Assembly (NCBI GenBank): GCA_963817895.1
Contig: CAWFQB010000012.1
Coordinates: 1-64,000 of the forward strand
Direction of reading: 5' to 3'
DNA length: 64,000 nt
Origin: an uncultured Chthonomonadaceae bacterium
GTDB taxonomy: Bacteria > Armatimonadota > Chthonomonadetes > Chthonomonadales > Chthonomonadaceae
The position numbers and the translations under genes were made by a program. How positions within the stretch are numbered: position 1 is the first letter of the stretch; each line of letters begins with the position of its first letter. Shown here piece by piece: positions 1 to 14,522 of the stretch. The notes below the pieces were generated by a model. That model worked only from the letters and a program-made list of their open reading frames with translations. It made no database searches and had not been told where the DNA came from.

Positions 1-197
1 TTTCGTCATAGTCTTGCACGTACATCATGGTGGCTTTACCCAACTGGTTCATGTTGGACAGACAGGAAGCCTGGCGCGCTTTGGCGCGCGCCTGCGCGAA
101 AACCGGGAACAGAATCGCCGCGAGGATCGCGATAATCGCGATCACGACGAGCAATTCAATCAGGGTAAAACCTTTGCGTGTTGGTGGTTCAAAACAT
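1..197 (-). CDS. Prepilin-type N-terminal cleavage/methylation (DUF1559-like) protein, runs off the window edge
   Basis: Reverse strand reads [56 protein letters not shown] precedes ATG at 197, which is one base out of frame across a T4 run (probable indel error). Confidence 0.9.
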
Positions 198-379
198 TTC
201 TCCTTTGAATGCGGGTAAATCGCAAGTTTGTTAAAGGCGAAATCGTAAAGCAAAAGCGCGAAATTGCGTATTCCATCCGGTGAACTTTCGCTGGAAACGG
301 TTGAAGTGTATCACTGTTTTTAAGGCAGGTTAAGAGAATGTTAAATTTTCATTAATAGAGCAATCTCAATTCCCTATTT

Positions 380-411
380 CCCCTTCTCCCAAGCTTTTTT
401 GGGAGAAGGGG
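380..411. repeat. Palindromic repeat CCCTTCTCCCAA..TTGGGAGAAGGG (second copy near 44283-44313)
   Basis: Hairpin seen directly; near-identical inverted copy downstream of mraY. Confidence 0.8.
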
Positions 412-440
412 TCAGCGGTGAGGGAGACAAGGTAGACGGC

Positions 441-470
441 TTGACGCGAAGACGCGCAAACGCCTATAAT
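441..470 (+). promoter_or_regulatory. Sigma70-type promoter, probably leaderless transcript
   Basis: TTGACG-18-TATAAT, with ATG at 477 six bases after the -10 box. Confidence 0.7.
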
Positions 471-476
471 ACAGGT

Positions 477-2132
477 ATGGACACGCCGACACAACGCGAA
501 AAAGAAAACAGCCACACGATCAGACTCCGCTTTATGACCTCCTTCTGCGCGGCGGAACCGTGCTGGATGGACGGGAACCCCGCACAAACGGCGGATGTTG
601 GGATTGTGGGCGAGCGCATTGTCGCGTGGGCGATTTGAGCGACAGTCGGGCGGCAAAGGTAATCCAGCGGAGGGACTGCGGATTGCGCCCGGATTTATAG
701 ACATTCATACCCATTCCGACATTTCCGCCACCTATGATCCCGGTCAGGCAAGCGCAATCGGCATGGGCGTGACCACGCAGGTTGTCGGCAACTGCGGCCT
801 GTCGCTGGGCATGGCGACGAACGCGGATGTGTTCGCGTTTGAAAAGCGCTGGCTGGCTCCCTATCGCGCCCGCATTACATGGAACGATTTTGCCGAACAT
901 TTGCGCCTTGTCGAAGAACGGGCATCGCCACCAACTACGTGCCCCTTGCCGGACATGGAACCCTGCGCAAGCGCGTGATGGGAATTGAGGAACGCGCGCC
1001 GACCCGTGAAGAACAAACCGAGATGCGGCGCGAACTGGAAGCCGCGATGCGGGCGGGCGCGTGGGGCTTCACGTCAGGGCTGGAATATCCCCCCTCCGCG
1101 TATGCCAACGAAGACGAACTTGCGGATTTGTGCCGGGTAGTGGCCGATTGGGGCGGGTTTTACGCGACGCACCTGCGCAACGAGGGCGACACCCTGATGG
1201 AAGCCGTGCAGGAAGCCCTCAATGTCGCGGAACAGGCCGGTTTGCCCCTGCAATTGTCGCACCACAAAGCGGAGGGCCGCGAGAACTGGGGCAAAGTGCA
1301 GACCACGCTGCAAATGGTGCGCGATGCGAGCAAACGCGGCGTGGACGTGCAGATGGATCAGTATCCGTATCCCGCGTTTATGACCGCGCTGAGTATCCAA
1401 ACTCTGCCGCGCTACGCCCTGAACGGTTCGGGTGAAGACCTGACCGCCCGCCTGACCGATCCCGTTCAGCGCGGCGCAGATTGCCGCAGATATGCGAACC
1501 GCGCACCCGGATTGGGACGATCTTGGCCCGGACTCGCCCTGGCGTCATCTGCAAATCGGCGTGTGCCGCGCCCAGCCCGAAGCGCAGGGCCGGCGCATCT
1601 TCCGATCTGGCGCGGGAAGCGGACCGAAATCCCATTGACTACGTTCTCGATCTGCTGGCGGAAACCGGCGGCATCGTCAGCGCGGTCAATTTTGCCATCG
1701 GTGAAGACGATATTGCCGACGTGCTGCGCTTTCCCCTCACCATGATCGGCTCGGACGGCAGCGGCACACACCCCGACGGCGAAGCCAACGCCACCAACAT
1801 TCACCCTCGCACGTATGGCACATTTCCCCGCGTCTTGAGCCGCTACGTCCGCGAATTGGGCATTCTCACCGAAGCGGAAGCCATCTACAAAATGACCCAT
1901 CTGCCCGCCCGACCGCATGGGAATGGCGCATGAGCGCGGCCAAATAGCCCCCGGCTATTACGCCGACCTTGTAGTATACAACCCGGACACAATTGCCGAT
2001 TGCGCCACCTTCGCGCAGCCCCACCAGTTCGCAACGGGCATCCAAACCGTCCTCGTCAACGGACAGCTCGCCCTGGAAAATGGGCAGCATACGGACGCAA
2101 GAGCGGGCCGCGTCCTACGAAGAAACACATAA
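477..2132 (+). CDS. N-acyl-D-amino-acid deacylase (amidohydrolase), several frameshifts
   Basis: Across frames: YDLLLRGGTVLDG, APGFIDIHTHSD, GVTTQVVGNCG, GFTSGLEYPP, YATHLRNEG, HPRTYGTFPRVL, RGQIAPGYYADLVV. Confidence 0.9.
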
Positions 2133-2273
2133 TTCACCACAGAGACACAGAGACACAGAGGTTTCACAGAGAAATACAAGAATTAGGAAGAGAAATTATT
2201 ATTCTCCTTTTCCTATTGCTCTTCTCCTTTTCTCCTCTGTGAAGCCTCTGTGTCTCTGTGTCTCTGTGGTGAA
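2133..2273. repeat. Inverted-repeat element, family A (CACAGAGA 8-mer arms)
   Basis: TTCACCACAGAGACACAGAGACACAGAGGTTTCACAGAG and its reverse complement flank a purine/pyrimidine-skewed spacer; other copies at 7921, 9257 and 41355. Confidence 0.95.
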
Positions 2274-2295
2274 ACGAATTTATGGAGATTGACTT

Positions 2296-3586
2296 ATGAT
2301 AGATAGATATACGACGCGGAGATGCGTGACCTGTGGAGTCCGCAGCACAAGACGCAACGCTGGCTGGATGTGGAGATTGCGGTTTGTGACGGGCTGGAAC
2401 AGTTCGGGCAGATACCGGCGGGAACCACAGCAAAAATTCGCGCCGGAGCGACGTTCGACCTGGACGCGCATGGCGGAACTGGAAAAAGAGACCCGGCATG
2501 ACGTGATGGCGTTCGTGAAAAATGTGGCGGAAAATCTGGGCGAAGAGGGCCGGTACGTGCATTACGGCGTCACGTCCTATGACATTGTGGATACGGCTCT
2601 GGCATTGCTGTTGCGGGACGCGGCGGATCAGATCATTGCCCGCGCCGAACAATTGAACGAGGTGATACGCCAAAAGGCGCGGGAACATAAGAATACCGTG
2701 ATGATCGGGCGGACGCACGGCATCCACGCGGAACCCATTACGTTCGCGTTCAAACTGGCGACATGGCTGGACGAGATGAACCACAACATCGAGCGGCTGA
2801 AGCAGGCGCGGGATGCCGTAAGCGTGGGCAAGATTTCGGGCGCGGTGGGAACACACGCCAATATCGGACACGATGTAGAAAAGTATGTGTGCGGCAAATT
2901 AGGGCTTGGGCGTGGCGACCATTTCCACACAGATTATCGCCCGTGACCGCCACGCGCAGTTTATGGCGACGCTTGCCATTCTGGCCGCCAGTCTGGAACG
3001 TTTTTCAACCGAAATTCGCAATCTCGCCCGTACCGAAGTGCGCGAAGTGCAGGAGTATTTCGCGCAGGGACAAAAAGGCTCGTCCGCGATGCCGCACAAG
3101 CGCAATCCGTGGAACTCGGAAACGATTACGGGGCTGGCGCGAGTCGTCCGGGGCAATCTCATCCCGATGCTGGAAAGCATGGCGACGTGGCACGAGCGCG
3201 ACCTGACCAACAGCAGCGTGGAACGCATCATATTGCCGGACACGACGACGCTGGTAGACTGGATGCTATGGAAGTTCGCGGACATTCTGAAAGGCCTGAT
3301 TGTCTACCCGGAAAACATGAAGCGCAATCTGGACATGATGGGCGGCCTCGTATTCTCCGAACAGATCATGCTGGCATTGATACAAACCGGGCTGTCGCGC
3401 GAAGAAGCGTATGGCGTGGCGCAGCGCAACGCGGCCAAAGCGTGGTCCGGAGAAGATTTCCGAAGCGCGATAGAGTCCGACCCGATTGTAGCAGAGCGAT
3501 TAACGGCGCAGGATGTCGCCCACGCCTTCGACATGGAATACCATCTCAAAAATTTGCAGCATACGTATGAAGCGTTGGATATTTGA
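2296..3586 (+). CDS. purB: Adenylosuccinate lyase, frameshifted
   Basis: MIDRY, ETRHDVMAF, HYGVTSYDIVDT, GRTHGIHAEPITF, GKISGAVGT, signature GSSAMPHKRNP, HERDLTNSSVER. Confidence 0.96.
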
Positions 3587-3678
3587 CGCCTGAACTACAG
3601 CTTCATGTGACTGCGCGAATTACCATCATAAAGGTAAAGCGGCATCGTTGAAGGAATCGCGCCGCATGGTGTCGAATG

Positions 3679-3725
3679 TGCGGACAGGGGCAACGGAATG
3701 CCGCCCCTGTCCGTAACTTTTGTTA
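3679..3725 (+). terminator. Probable intrinsic terminator after purB
   Basis: Stem GCGGACAGGGGC/GCCCCTGTCCGT followed by a T-rich tract. Confidence 0.6.
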
Positions 3726-3740
3726 TCGCGGCGCGTCTAA
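3712..3740 (+). promoter_or_regulatory. ECF-sigma-like promoter upstream of the MoxR operon
   Basis: CGTAAC-TTTT..(16 nt spacer)-CGTCTAA, matching the AAC-N16/17-CGT ECF consensus. Confidence 0.55.
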
Positions 3741-3816
3741 CCTGCAAATTCCCGGCGCAGGAAGAGGGCCGCCCTCGGCGTGTACCCCTCAATGATGAGA
3801 CAGGCCAGATATGGAA

Positions 3817-3931
3817 GTTGATAGTTGATAGTTGATAGAATTCCTCCTCCATCAACATGTCATCTCTTCTAATTGCGCTATTCCTGCAAGTACAGATTTC
3901 ACTATCAACCAGCAACTATCAACTATCAACT
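3817..3931. repeat. Inverted heptamer repeat element (GTTGATA)n...(TATCAAC)n
   Basis: gttgatagttgatagttgatag on the left, caactatcaactatcaact on the right. Confidence 0.9.
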
Positions 3932-3947
3932 ATGAGGAGAAGCACGA

Positions 3948-7920
<3,973 letters not shown>

Positions 7921-7922
<2 letters not shown>

Positions 7923-8170
7923 GAATTTCCACCACAGAGACACAGAGACACAGAGGTTTCACAGAGATAAAGAAGATGAAAAGTCCCTCTCCTGGCGCGT
8001 TGCGCGGCAAGGAGAGGGGTTGGGGTGAGGTAAAAGGAGATAGGCATTGGAGGAGAATCAAACGCGAACTGAGAATCTATCGAATATGGGCAGAAGAAAA
8101 TTCTTAACCTCTTCTCTCCAGTCCCTCTGTGCAGCCTCTGTGTCTCTGTGTCTCTGTGGTGGAAATTCCT
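7921..8170. repeat. Family A element with a nested CCCTCTCC/GGAGAGGG hairpin element (7984-8034)
   Basis: Arms AGGAATTTCCACCACAGAG... and ...CTCTGTGGTGGAAATTCCT; the inner element recurs at 28156 and 48451. Confidence 0.93.
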
Positions 8171-9237
8171 CCTCTTCTGCCTTTGCAGGCAAGGCCCCGC
8201 CACGTCGTCAGGTCGGTTCCTCATGGGATGTGGAGGCGCGGGAGTATTTGGGAACGCCACAATCGGAAGCCGCCGTGAACCGGGGACTGGCGTATCTCGC
8301 CTCGCATCAGACTTCAGACGGACACTGGCGAAGTCAGGGGTATTCTAATGATGTCGGCATCAACGGCCTGACGCTGATGGCGTTTCTGGCGGCAGGGCAT
8401 CAGCCGGGACGGGGGCGTTATGGCGTCGTGTTGAGCGAAGTGGTAGACTGGCTTTCCAACAGCATTCAGATGAACGGACAGTTTACGCCCAACGGCCTGA
8501 TTCGCGCCACGCAGGGCGGCGGAGCCGGACCGCCCATGTACGGACACGGGTTTGCCCTGCTCGGACTGGCGGAAGTCTACGGCATGACCCGGCGGCGCGA
8601 CCTGAAACCCAAACTGGAAGCCGCCGTCAAACTCATTGAAGATACCCAAAATCAGGACGGGCAGGCCTCCCGTGACGGAGGATGGCGCTATCAGCCGCAG
8701 CAGGGCGACGCGGATTTATCTGTGACTGTCGTACAGGTACTGGGATTGCGCGGATGCCGGAACGCGGGTATCAAAGTGTCGCAGCAGACCATTGACCGCG
8801 CCATCAACTACATGCGGCGGCTGGCGAACAAAGACGGCGGGTTCAGTTACCAATTCGGCATGAACCAGTCGAACCCGGCGCGAACCGGGGCGGGCGTTCT
8901 GTCGCTGTACCTTGCCGGCCTGAAGGATTCGCCGCAGTGTCAGGGAGGGTTGGATTATCTGGTCAAGCATCCGCTTCAAAAGGGCGTGGACTGGATTTAT
9001 CGCGACCACTTCCACTACTCCATCTACTACGTCACGCAGGCCATGTATCAGGCGGGCGGCAACTACTGGAAAACGTGGTATCCCGTTGTTCGAGATCGGC
9101 TTGTCGCCTCGCAGGACGCGGACGGCAGTTGGGGCCGCAGCGACGCCACCTCGGAAGCCGGCCCGGAATACGCGACGGCAATGGCCTGCCTCGTCCTGCA
9201 AGTTCCCGCCGGACTGTTGCCTATCTATCAGAAGTAA
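8047..9237 (+). CDS. Prenyltransferase/squalene oxidase repeat (alpha/alpha toroid) protein with Tat-like signal
   Basis: GRRKFL..AFA signal; QW-like repeats HQTSDGHW, DGGWRYQP, NKDGGFSY, SQDADGSW; PMYGHGFALLGLAE; C-terminal LPIYQK. Confidence 0.88.
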   Translation: MEENQTRTENLSNMGRRKFLTSSLQSLCAASVSLCLCGGNSSSSAFAGKAPPRRQVGSSWDVEAREYLGTPQSEAAVNRGLAYLASHQTSDGHWRSQGYSNDVGINGLTLMAFLAAGHQPGRGRYGVVLSEVVDWLSNSIQMNGQFTPNGLIRATQGGGAGPPMYGHGFALLGLAEVYGMTRRRDLKPKLEAAVKLIEDTQNQDGQASRDGGWRYQPQQGDADLSVTVVQVLGLRGCRNAGIKVSQQTIDRAINYMRRLANKDGGFSYQFGMNQSNPARTGAGVLSLYLAGLKDSPQCQGGLDYLVKHPLQKGVDWIYRDHFHYSIYYVTQAMYQAGGNYWKTWYPVVRDRLVASQDADGSWGRSDATSEAGPEYATAMACLVLQVPAGLLPIYQK

Positions 9238-9256
9238 AAACATTGGGATACAGAAA

Positions 9257-9466
9257 CTTTCACCACAGAGACACAGAGACACAGAGGTTTCACAGAGGGG
9301 TTGGAGAGAAGAGGTCAGAGGGACTTTCCTGTGTCAGTAAAGTCTTGCGCCTGTCGCAGAGAAACGTTGCTCGTTTCAGCAAAATCTCCTTTTCTCCTTT
9401 TCTCCTTTTCTCCTTGTCTTCTCTTCTCTGTGTAACCTCTGTGTCTCTGTGTCTCTGTGGTGAAAG
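9257..9466. repeat. Family A inverted-repeat element
   Basis: Same CACAGAGA arms; the right arm lies in the next gene's N-terminal coding region. Confidence 0.93.
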
Positions 9467-10097
9467 CTCTTCCTCCTCCGCGCAGGGCAAGCCCCCCGCC
9501 GTTGAGAAGATTACCGATAGCGTGTACCGGGTCGGCAAGGTAACGGTTGATTTGGGGGCGCGGACGGTAACATGCGCGGGCAAAATCAACATGGACGCGG
9601 GCGCGATTGAGTATCTGGCGGTTGCGCCAGGTGGCAAAACGCACGAAAGCCTCCTGCTTGTGGACACCCGGCCTTTGCATTTACAGGTGGGATTGCTGCT
9701 GCTTGGCCTTGAACCGAAGAACGTATTGAAATCGCAGGGGGATAAAACCACGCCGCTCGGCGCGCCCGTGCAATTGTGGATACGCTGGAAAGACGCGCAG
9801 GGCAGACCACAGGAAGCGCGGGCCGAAGAACTGGTTTCCGAACTGCCCTCCGGCAAGGTAATGCCCTCACACGATTGGGTATTCACCGGCTCACGGATTA
9901 TCGGGCAGGGGTTCGAGGCCGACCTGCAAAAGTCACTTGTAGCCGTGTGGCATGACCCCGCCGCCATTCTGGACAACCCGCTTCCCGGCGGCGCGAACAA
10001 CGCCTACATTGTCAATTCCAAACGCGCGCCCAAACGGGGTACGCCGATGGAGTTCGTTATCAAAGCGCCTGCCCTGCCGGAAAAACAGGCTAAATGA
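9345..10097 (+). CDS. YdjY-domain-like exported protein (start uncertain)
   Basis: IEYLAVAPGGKTHESLL, LQVGLLLLGL, WVFTGS; hydrophobic N-terminus; TTG at 9345 is in frame. Confidence 0.75.
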   Translation: MRLSQRNVARFSKISFSPFLLFSLSSLLCVTSVSLCLCGESSSSSAQGKPPAVEKITDSVYRVGKVTVDLGARTVTCAGKINMDAGAIEYLAVAPGGKTHESLLLVDTRPLHLQVGLLLLGLEPKNVLKSQGDKTTPLGAPVQLWIRWKDAQGRPQEARAEELVSELPSGKVMPSHDWVFTGSRIIGQGFEADLQKSLVAVWHDPAAILDNPLPGGANNAYIVNSKRAPKRGTPMEFVIKAPALPEKQAK

Positions 10098-10125
10098 TAA
10101 CACCGTTTTCATCCAAAATGCGCTT

Positions 10126-11244
10126 ATGTCTCTTGCTGATAAAAAGTTGAACTGTCCTGAACCTATGAAACTCTCCTGCAACTCCGCCGAACTGTGGGCA
10201 GGTCTGTTTGCGTCGGATGCGGAGGAGCGTCAACAGGCGATAGCGGCTGTTGCGCGGGAAGCGGAGAAAGCCATCCCCTGTCTGATGCAGATTGTTCAGC
10301 GCCCGCTCGGTTACGCGCTCGATTGCTGGCCCGAATGGGAACAGATGCTTCCCGCAGGAGCGATCCTGACACGGTGTATGTTCGGGCGGAAGGCGGCGCT
10401 GGAAGCCATGATTTGCATCGGACGCCCCGCGATTGGCGAACTCACGCGCCTGTTGCACACTGCCGAGCCAAATCTGCGCGAGTATGCGGCGGATGCTTTA
10501 CGGAAAATGGACGCGCCGGAAGCGATTGACGCTCTAAGCGATTCTTTACAACAGGAACTCGTAAGTCACAGGCAAGCGCGGCGTAAATGGAATCGCAACC
10601 GCGCGATGGGCAGCATCGGCGTGGCATTAGCAGTCTTTTTTTTATCGCCGATTTACAGTGGCTATCCGCGTTATGAATTCTTCTATGCGCCTGTTTGTGG
10701 CTTGGTTGTCTGGTTGTTGTTGGGGTTTAAGGATCGGGGGGCAGGTTTGCGGCACACGGCTATTGCCGCCCTGACGGAAAACGGCGACAAGCGGCATATC
10801 GGGATATTGACAAACTGCCTGAATGACCCGAACCATGTTGTACGCCAATCTGTATCGGACGCGCTAACACAATTGCTGCCGCAAGTGCGTATAACGGATA
10901 AGGCCGCTATTTCACACACGGAGCGCATGGCCCTGCTGCGGACTGTGGATGGCGACAACCCCGATCTTGCCGTCGCGGTTCTGGCCGCAATGCGGCATAT
11001 TGGGAATGAGCAGATTCTGCGGCAGGTGGCGTATGTGATTGACAGTCCTGTCCACCATAACGCGGTGCGCGAAGCGGCCCACGAGTGCCTGCCGCATGTG
11101 AAACTGCGCGCGCGGGAAGCGCAGGAAGCGCAAGTTTTACTGCGTTGCGCGTCGAAGCAGAAGGAGGGGGAAACCTGTCTGCTGCGCCCATTGCGCGAAC
11201 AGCCCGCGCTTGACCATGAAGAACAATTGCTGTTGCCACGATAA
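10126..11244 (+). CDS. HEAT-repeat, 2-TM protein with LLR-triple tail (paralogue 1)
   Basis: HEAT units LREYAADALRKMDAPEAIDAL and LNDPNHVVRQSVSDAL; TM hairpin; tail LLRCA..LLRPL..EQLLLPR. Confidence 0.8.
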   Translation: MSLADKKLNCPEPMKLSCNSAELWAGLFASDAEERQQAIAAVAREAEKAIPCLMQIVQRPLGYALDCWPEWEQMLPAGAILTRCMFGRKAALEAMICIGRPAIGELTRLLHTAEPNLREYAADALRKMDAPEAIDALSDSLQQELVSHRQARRKWNRNRAMGSIGVALAVFFLSPIYSGYPRYEFFYAPVCGLVVWLLLGFKDRGAGLRHTAIAALTENGDKRHIGILTNCLNDPNHVVRQSVSDALTQLLPQVRITDKAAISHTERMALLRTVDGDNPDLAVAVLAAMRHIGNEQILRQVAYVIDSPVHHNAVREAAHECLPHVKLRAREAQEAQVLLRCASKQKEGETCLLRPLREQPALDHEEQLLLPR

Positions 11245-11265
11245 CGATAGAGAAAAGGCTTCCTG

Positions 11266-12417
11266 ATGAGTGACTTCAAAGAGACAAATAACATTAACAA
11301 AATTCGTCCCGGCTATTCGCGCCGACGGTTCCTGACGAATGTAGGCGCAGCCGCGTTGATTGGCGGAACTGCGCTGGAAGCGCAGGCCGCGCCCGATGCG
11401 GTTCTTGCCAATGCCCGCCTGTCGGTTGGCAGGGGATTGGACTACCTGCGCCACATACAGGAGAAGGACGGCTCGTGGAGCCACTATCCGGCGATTACAT
11501 CCCTCGCTTTGTGCGCGTTTCTGCGCAACGGCAGAAACGAAGTGAACGAACCCGCTGTCGCCAAAGGGGTCCAATTCCTGTTGCGCGAGGCCAAACCCAA
11601 CGGCGCGATTTTCGACAACCGCGATCCGGCCCGCGCCCTGCCCAACTACAACACCGCGCTCTCCCTGCTCACTCTGTCGCTGACAAAAAATCCGGCCTAC
11701 AAACCAATTATTCTAAAAGCGCAAAAGTACATGGAGCAGTCGCAGTTCGATGAGACCGAGGGGATAGAAGCGTCGAACCCCGTGTACGGTGGCATCGGCT
11801 ACGGCAACGATCCCGACGACCACCCCGACCTGTCAAACCTGTCTATGGCCCTGCAATCGTTGAAAGAATCCGGCGTCCCCTACAACGCGCCCGTGTTCCA
11901 GAAGGCCATCACGTTTTTGCAGCGCGTTCAGAACCGCCGCGTCAGCAACGATCAGGCATGGGCGAAATCCGGGCCGAACGATGGCGGTTTCGCCTATGAT
12001 ACAACCGGAGAAAGCAAGGCGACGGGTTCCGGCGACCATACCTCGATGGGAGCCATGACGTATGTGGGACTGGAAAGCTACATCTACTGCGGCGTATCCA
12101 AAGACGATCCCCGCGCCAAGGCCGCGTGGGACTGGATACGCGCCAATTACACCGTCAAAGAGCATCCGGGGCAGGGCGACGTATCGCTGTACTACTACTA
12201 TCACGCGATGGCGAAAACGCTCAATGTGTACGGCCTGAAGTCGTTCAAGGACGCCAAAGGCAACACCCACGAGTGGGCGCGCGACCTTGCGGGCGCATTA
12301 ATCGCCAGACAAAAACCCGATGGCGCGTGGTTCAACACCAATTCTCGCTACTGGGAAGACCAACCCGCCCTCGTCACCAGTTACACGCTGATCGCGCTGG
12401 CGTATTGTTTAAAATAA
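11266..12417 (+). CDS. Prenyltransferase/squalene oxidase repeat protein with Tat signal
   Basis: SRRRFL..AQA signal; QEKDGSW, YGGIGYG, PDLSN, NDGGFAY, LYYYYH, QKPDGAW. Confidence 0.9.
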   Translation: MSDFKETNNINKIRPGYSRRRFLTNVGAAALIGGTALEAQAAPDAVLANARLSVGRGLDYLRHIQEKDGSWSHYPAITSLALCAFLRNGRNEVNEPAVAKGVQFLLREAKPNGAIFDNRDPARALPNYNTALSLLTLSLTKNPAYKPIILKAQKYMEQSQFDETEGIEASNPVYGGIGYGNDPDDHPDLSNLSMALQSLKESGVPYNAPVFQKAITFLQRVQNRRVSNDQAWAKSGPNDGGFAYDTTGESKATGSGDHTSMGAMTYVGLESYIYCGVSKDDPRAKAAWDWIRANYTVKEHPGQGDVSLYYYYHAMAKTLNVYGLKSFKDAKGNTHEWARDLAGALIARQKPDGAWFNTNSRYWEDQPALVTSYTLIALAYCLK

Positions 12418-12447
12418 CTTTGAAATAATCCTGAAAGGTTCTTCTGA

Positions 12448-13512
12448 ATGACCGTTCCGACTATTGCGACCAACAACTCTGTTTCTCCCGGCGTAGCGCC
12501 CTCCGCTCCTGACGATATGGCGCGTTTGCAGAAATTGCGGGATGCGTTTGATTCCATGCGCCGCGAAATCGGGCAGGTGGTTATCGGGCAGGATGCGGTT
12601 GTGGAAGAATTGCTGATGGCCGTGTTCGCGCGGGGGCATTGTATCCTCGTCGGCGTTCCCGGACTGGCGAAAACCCTGCTTGTCAGCACGGTTTCGCGCG
12701 TTCTGAACCTGTCCTACAAGCGTATTCAGTTTACGCCCGACCTGATGCCCGCCGACATTACAGGCACGGAAATCATACAGGAAGACCAGGTGACGCGGGA
12801 GCGCAAGTTCGTGTTTTTGCGCGGGCCGCTGTTCGCGAATATGATTCTGGCGGACGAAATCAACCGAACCCCGCCCAAAACGCAGGCCGCGTTGCTGGAA
12901 GCCATGCAGGAGCATAAAATCACGGTTGGCGGACAGTCGCACAAACTGGCCGAGCCGTTCTTTGTCCTCGCCACGCAAAACCCCATCGAGCAGGAAGGCA
13001 CGTATCCTCTGCCGGAAGCGCAATTAGACCGCTTCATGTTTATGATTATCGTGGGCTACCCATCGGCGGAAGAGGAAGTGGCGATTATGAAGGCCACAAC
13101 GGGCGGCATGAACGCCGAACTCCGCGCCACGCTGACGGGTGAAGACATTATCGCTTTGCAGGACATTGTGCGGCGTATTCCCGTTGGGGATCATGTTTTC
13201 CGCTACGCCGCGCAGCTTGTGCGTCAAACACGCCCCAATGAACCCGAAGCGCCCGCGTTCATCAAGGACAACATCAGTTGGGGAGCCGGTCCGCGCGCCT
13301 CGCAGTATCTCGTGTTGGGAGCCAAAGCCCGCGCCGCGCTGTACGGACGCAACTACGCCACAACCGAAGACGTTGCCGCCGTCGCCCTGCCCGTCCTGCG
13401 CCACCGCATCGTGACCAACTTCAACGCGGAAGCGGAAGGTTTGACGACAGACAAAATCGTGCAGAAATTGATTGCCTCAACCCCGCGCCCAACCGAACCC
13501 ATCCGAAAGTAA
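12448..13512 (+). CDS. moxR: MoxR-family AAA+ ATPase
   Basis: [67 protein letters not shown]. Confidence 0.97.
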   Translation: MTVPTIATNNSVSPGVAPSAPDDMARLQKLRDAFDSMRREIGQVVIGQDAVVEELLMAVFARGHCILVGVPGLAKTLLVSTVSRVLNLSYKRIQFTPDLMPADITGTEIIQEDQVTRERKFVFLRGPLFANMILADEINRTPPKTQAALLEAMQEHKITVGGQSHKLAEPFFVLATQNPIEQEGTYPLPEAQLDRFMFMIIVGYPSAEEEVAIMKATTGGMNAELRATLTGEDIIALQDIVRRIPVGDHVFRYAAQLVRQTRPNEPEAPAFIKDNISWGAGPRASQYLVLGAKARAALYGRNYATTEDVAAVALPVLRHRIVTNFNAEAEGLTTDKIVQKLIASTPRPTEPIRK

Positions 13513-13549
13513 CCACGTAGGGCAGGAGCGCGGGACAACAGGTATCGTC

Positions 13550-14506
13550 ATGCAGCAACACCAACAAAGGCCGGAACGAGAAGCATATCAAGCCAATCGT
13601 TGCAACAAAATGGATGCAAACGGCTTGCCGCAAGGGGCGCAGGCCGCTTCCGCCTTTACGCCTGTGTCACTTGATACCATTCTGCGGAACATGAACAGTC
13701 GGAAAGCGAAGGAGCAGCATGAGGCTGTTCGAGCAGTCGGGTTGTTGATAACTTCCGCGCCCGATCAACTGCTGTTGCTTGCGAAAATGGAAGCCCAAAA
13801 CTATCAGCGTCATGCCGCCTCGGGCGCAATCATCAGCCTCGCAATCGTTGCGCTGGTGGGCATGGCATGCGTCCTGTTAAGTAAGAGCAACATCTGGGCA
13901 ATAGATAACGCTTTATACATTTTTGCGGGAACGTGCATCGCGCTGGCCTGCTGGTTAAGTTTGTATCTGCCGCGCCGGGCGCGTCGTAATATGATTGATG
14001 TGTATCATTATCTGGATGATCCGCGCTTTATCGGCCTTGCGCTCAACATGCTTGTACCGGATGGCATTACGGAGTCGCGCCAATCGCCAATGTACACCGG
14101 TTACGTTCAAGCGAGTATGGTAGGTGCGCTGACCAAAATGCTGAAGCGCGTGAATGTGAGTCATAAAACCCTGCTCACATGCGAACAGATGCAAATTTTA
14201 CTGTCCGTGCTACAGCATTCCCGAACGGACAGGGCATTAACACTGGCTATTCTCCGCGCCTTACAGCAAATCGGCGATGAGAGCGCTATTCCCATTGTGG
14301 AGCGCATAGCCCGCTCGACGTTCGACGTTCATTCCGAGGCCGAAGAGTGTCTGGAGTACCTGCGTGGTCAAGCAGATCAGAAACGTCAGGCGCAAACCCT
14401 GTTGCGGGCTTCCGACAGCGTGGTAAGTACCCGACCGGAACACATGCTGCGCCCCGCCAATCCCGAAACCGACGCCGCGCCGGAGCAACTGTTGCGCCCC
14501 TCATAA
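13550..14506 (+). CDS. HEAT-like, 2-TM protein with LLR-triple tail (paralogue 2)
   Basis: TM hairpin; ALQQIGDESAIPIVERI; tail LLRAS..MLRPA..PEQLLRPS. Confidence 0.8.
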   Translation: MQQHQQRPEREAYQANRCNKMDANGLPQGAQAASAFTPVSLDTILRNMNSRKAKEQHEAVRAVGLLITSAPDQLLLLAKMEAQNYQRHAASGAIISLAIVALVGMACVLLSKSNIWAIDNALYIFAGTCIALACWLSLYLPRRARRNMIDVYHYLDDPRFIGLALNMLVPDGITESRQSPMYTGYVQASMVGALTKMLKRVNVSHKTLLTCEQMQILLSVLQHSRTDRALTLAILRALQQIGDESAIPIVERIARSTFDVHSEAEECLEYLRGQADQKRQAQTLLRASDSVVSTRPEHMLRPANPETDAAPEQLLRPS

Positions 14507-14522
14507 GGTAGGTAAAACAACA

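Noticed and set aside
3735..3810. Ribozyme or riboswitch in the MoxR operon leader
   Set aside because: Small hairpins are present, but I could not match the conserved core of any class I know.
8047..12417. Squalene-hopene cyclase or hopanoid cluster
   Set aside because: The proteins are single-domain (~390 aa), carry Tat-type signals, show no DXDD motif, and have no hpn neighbours.
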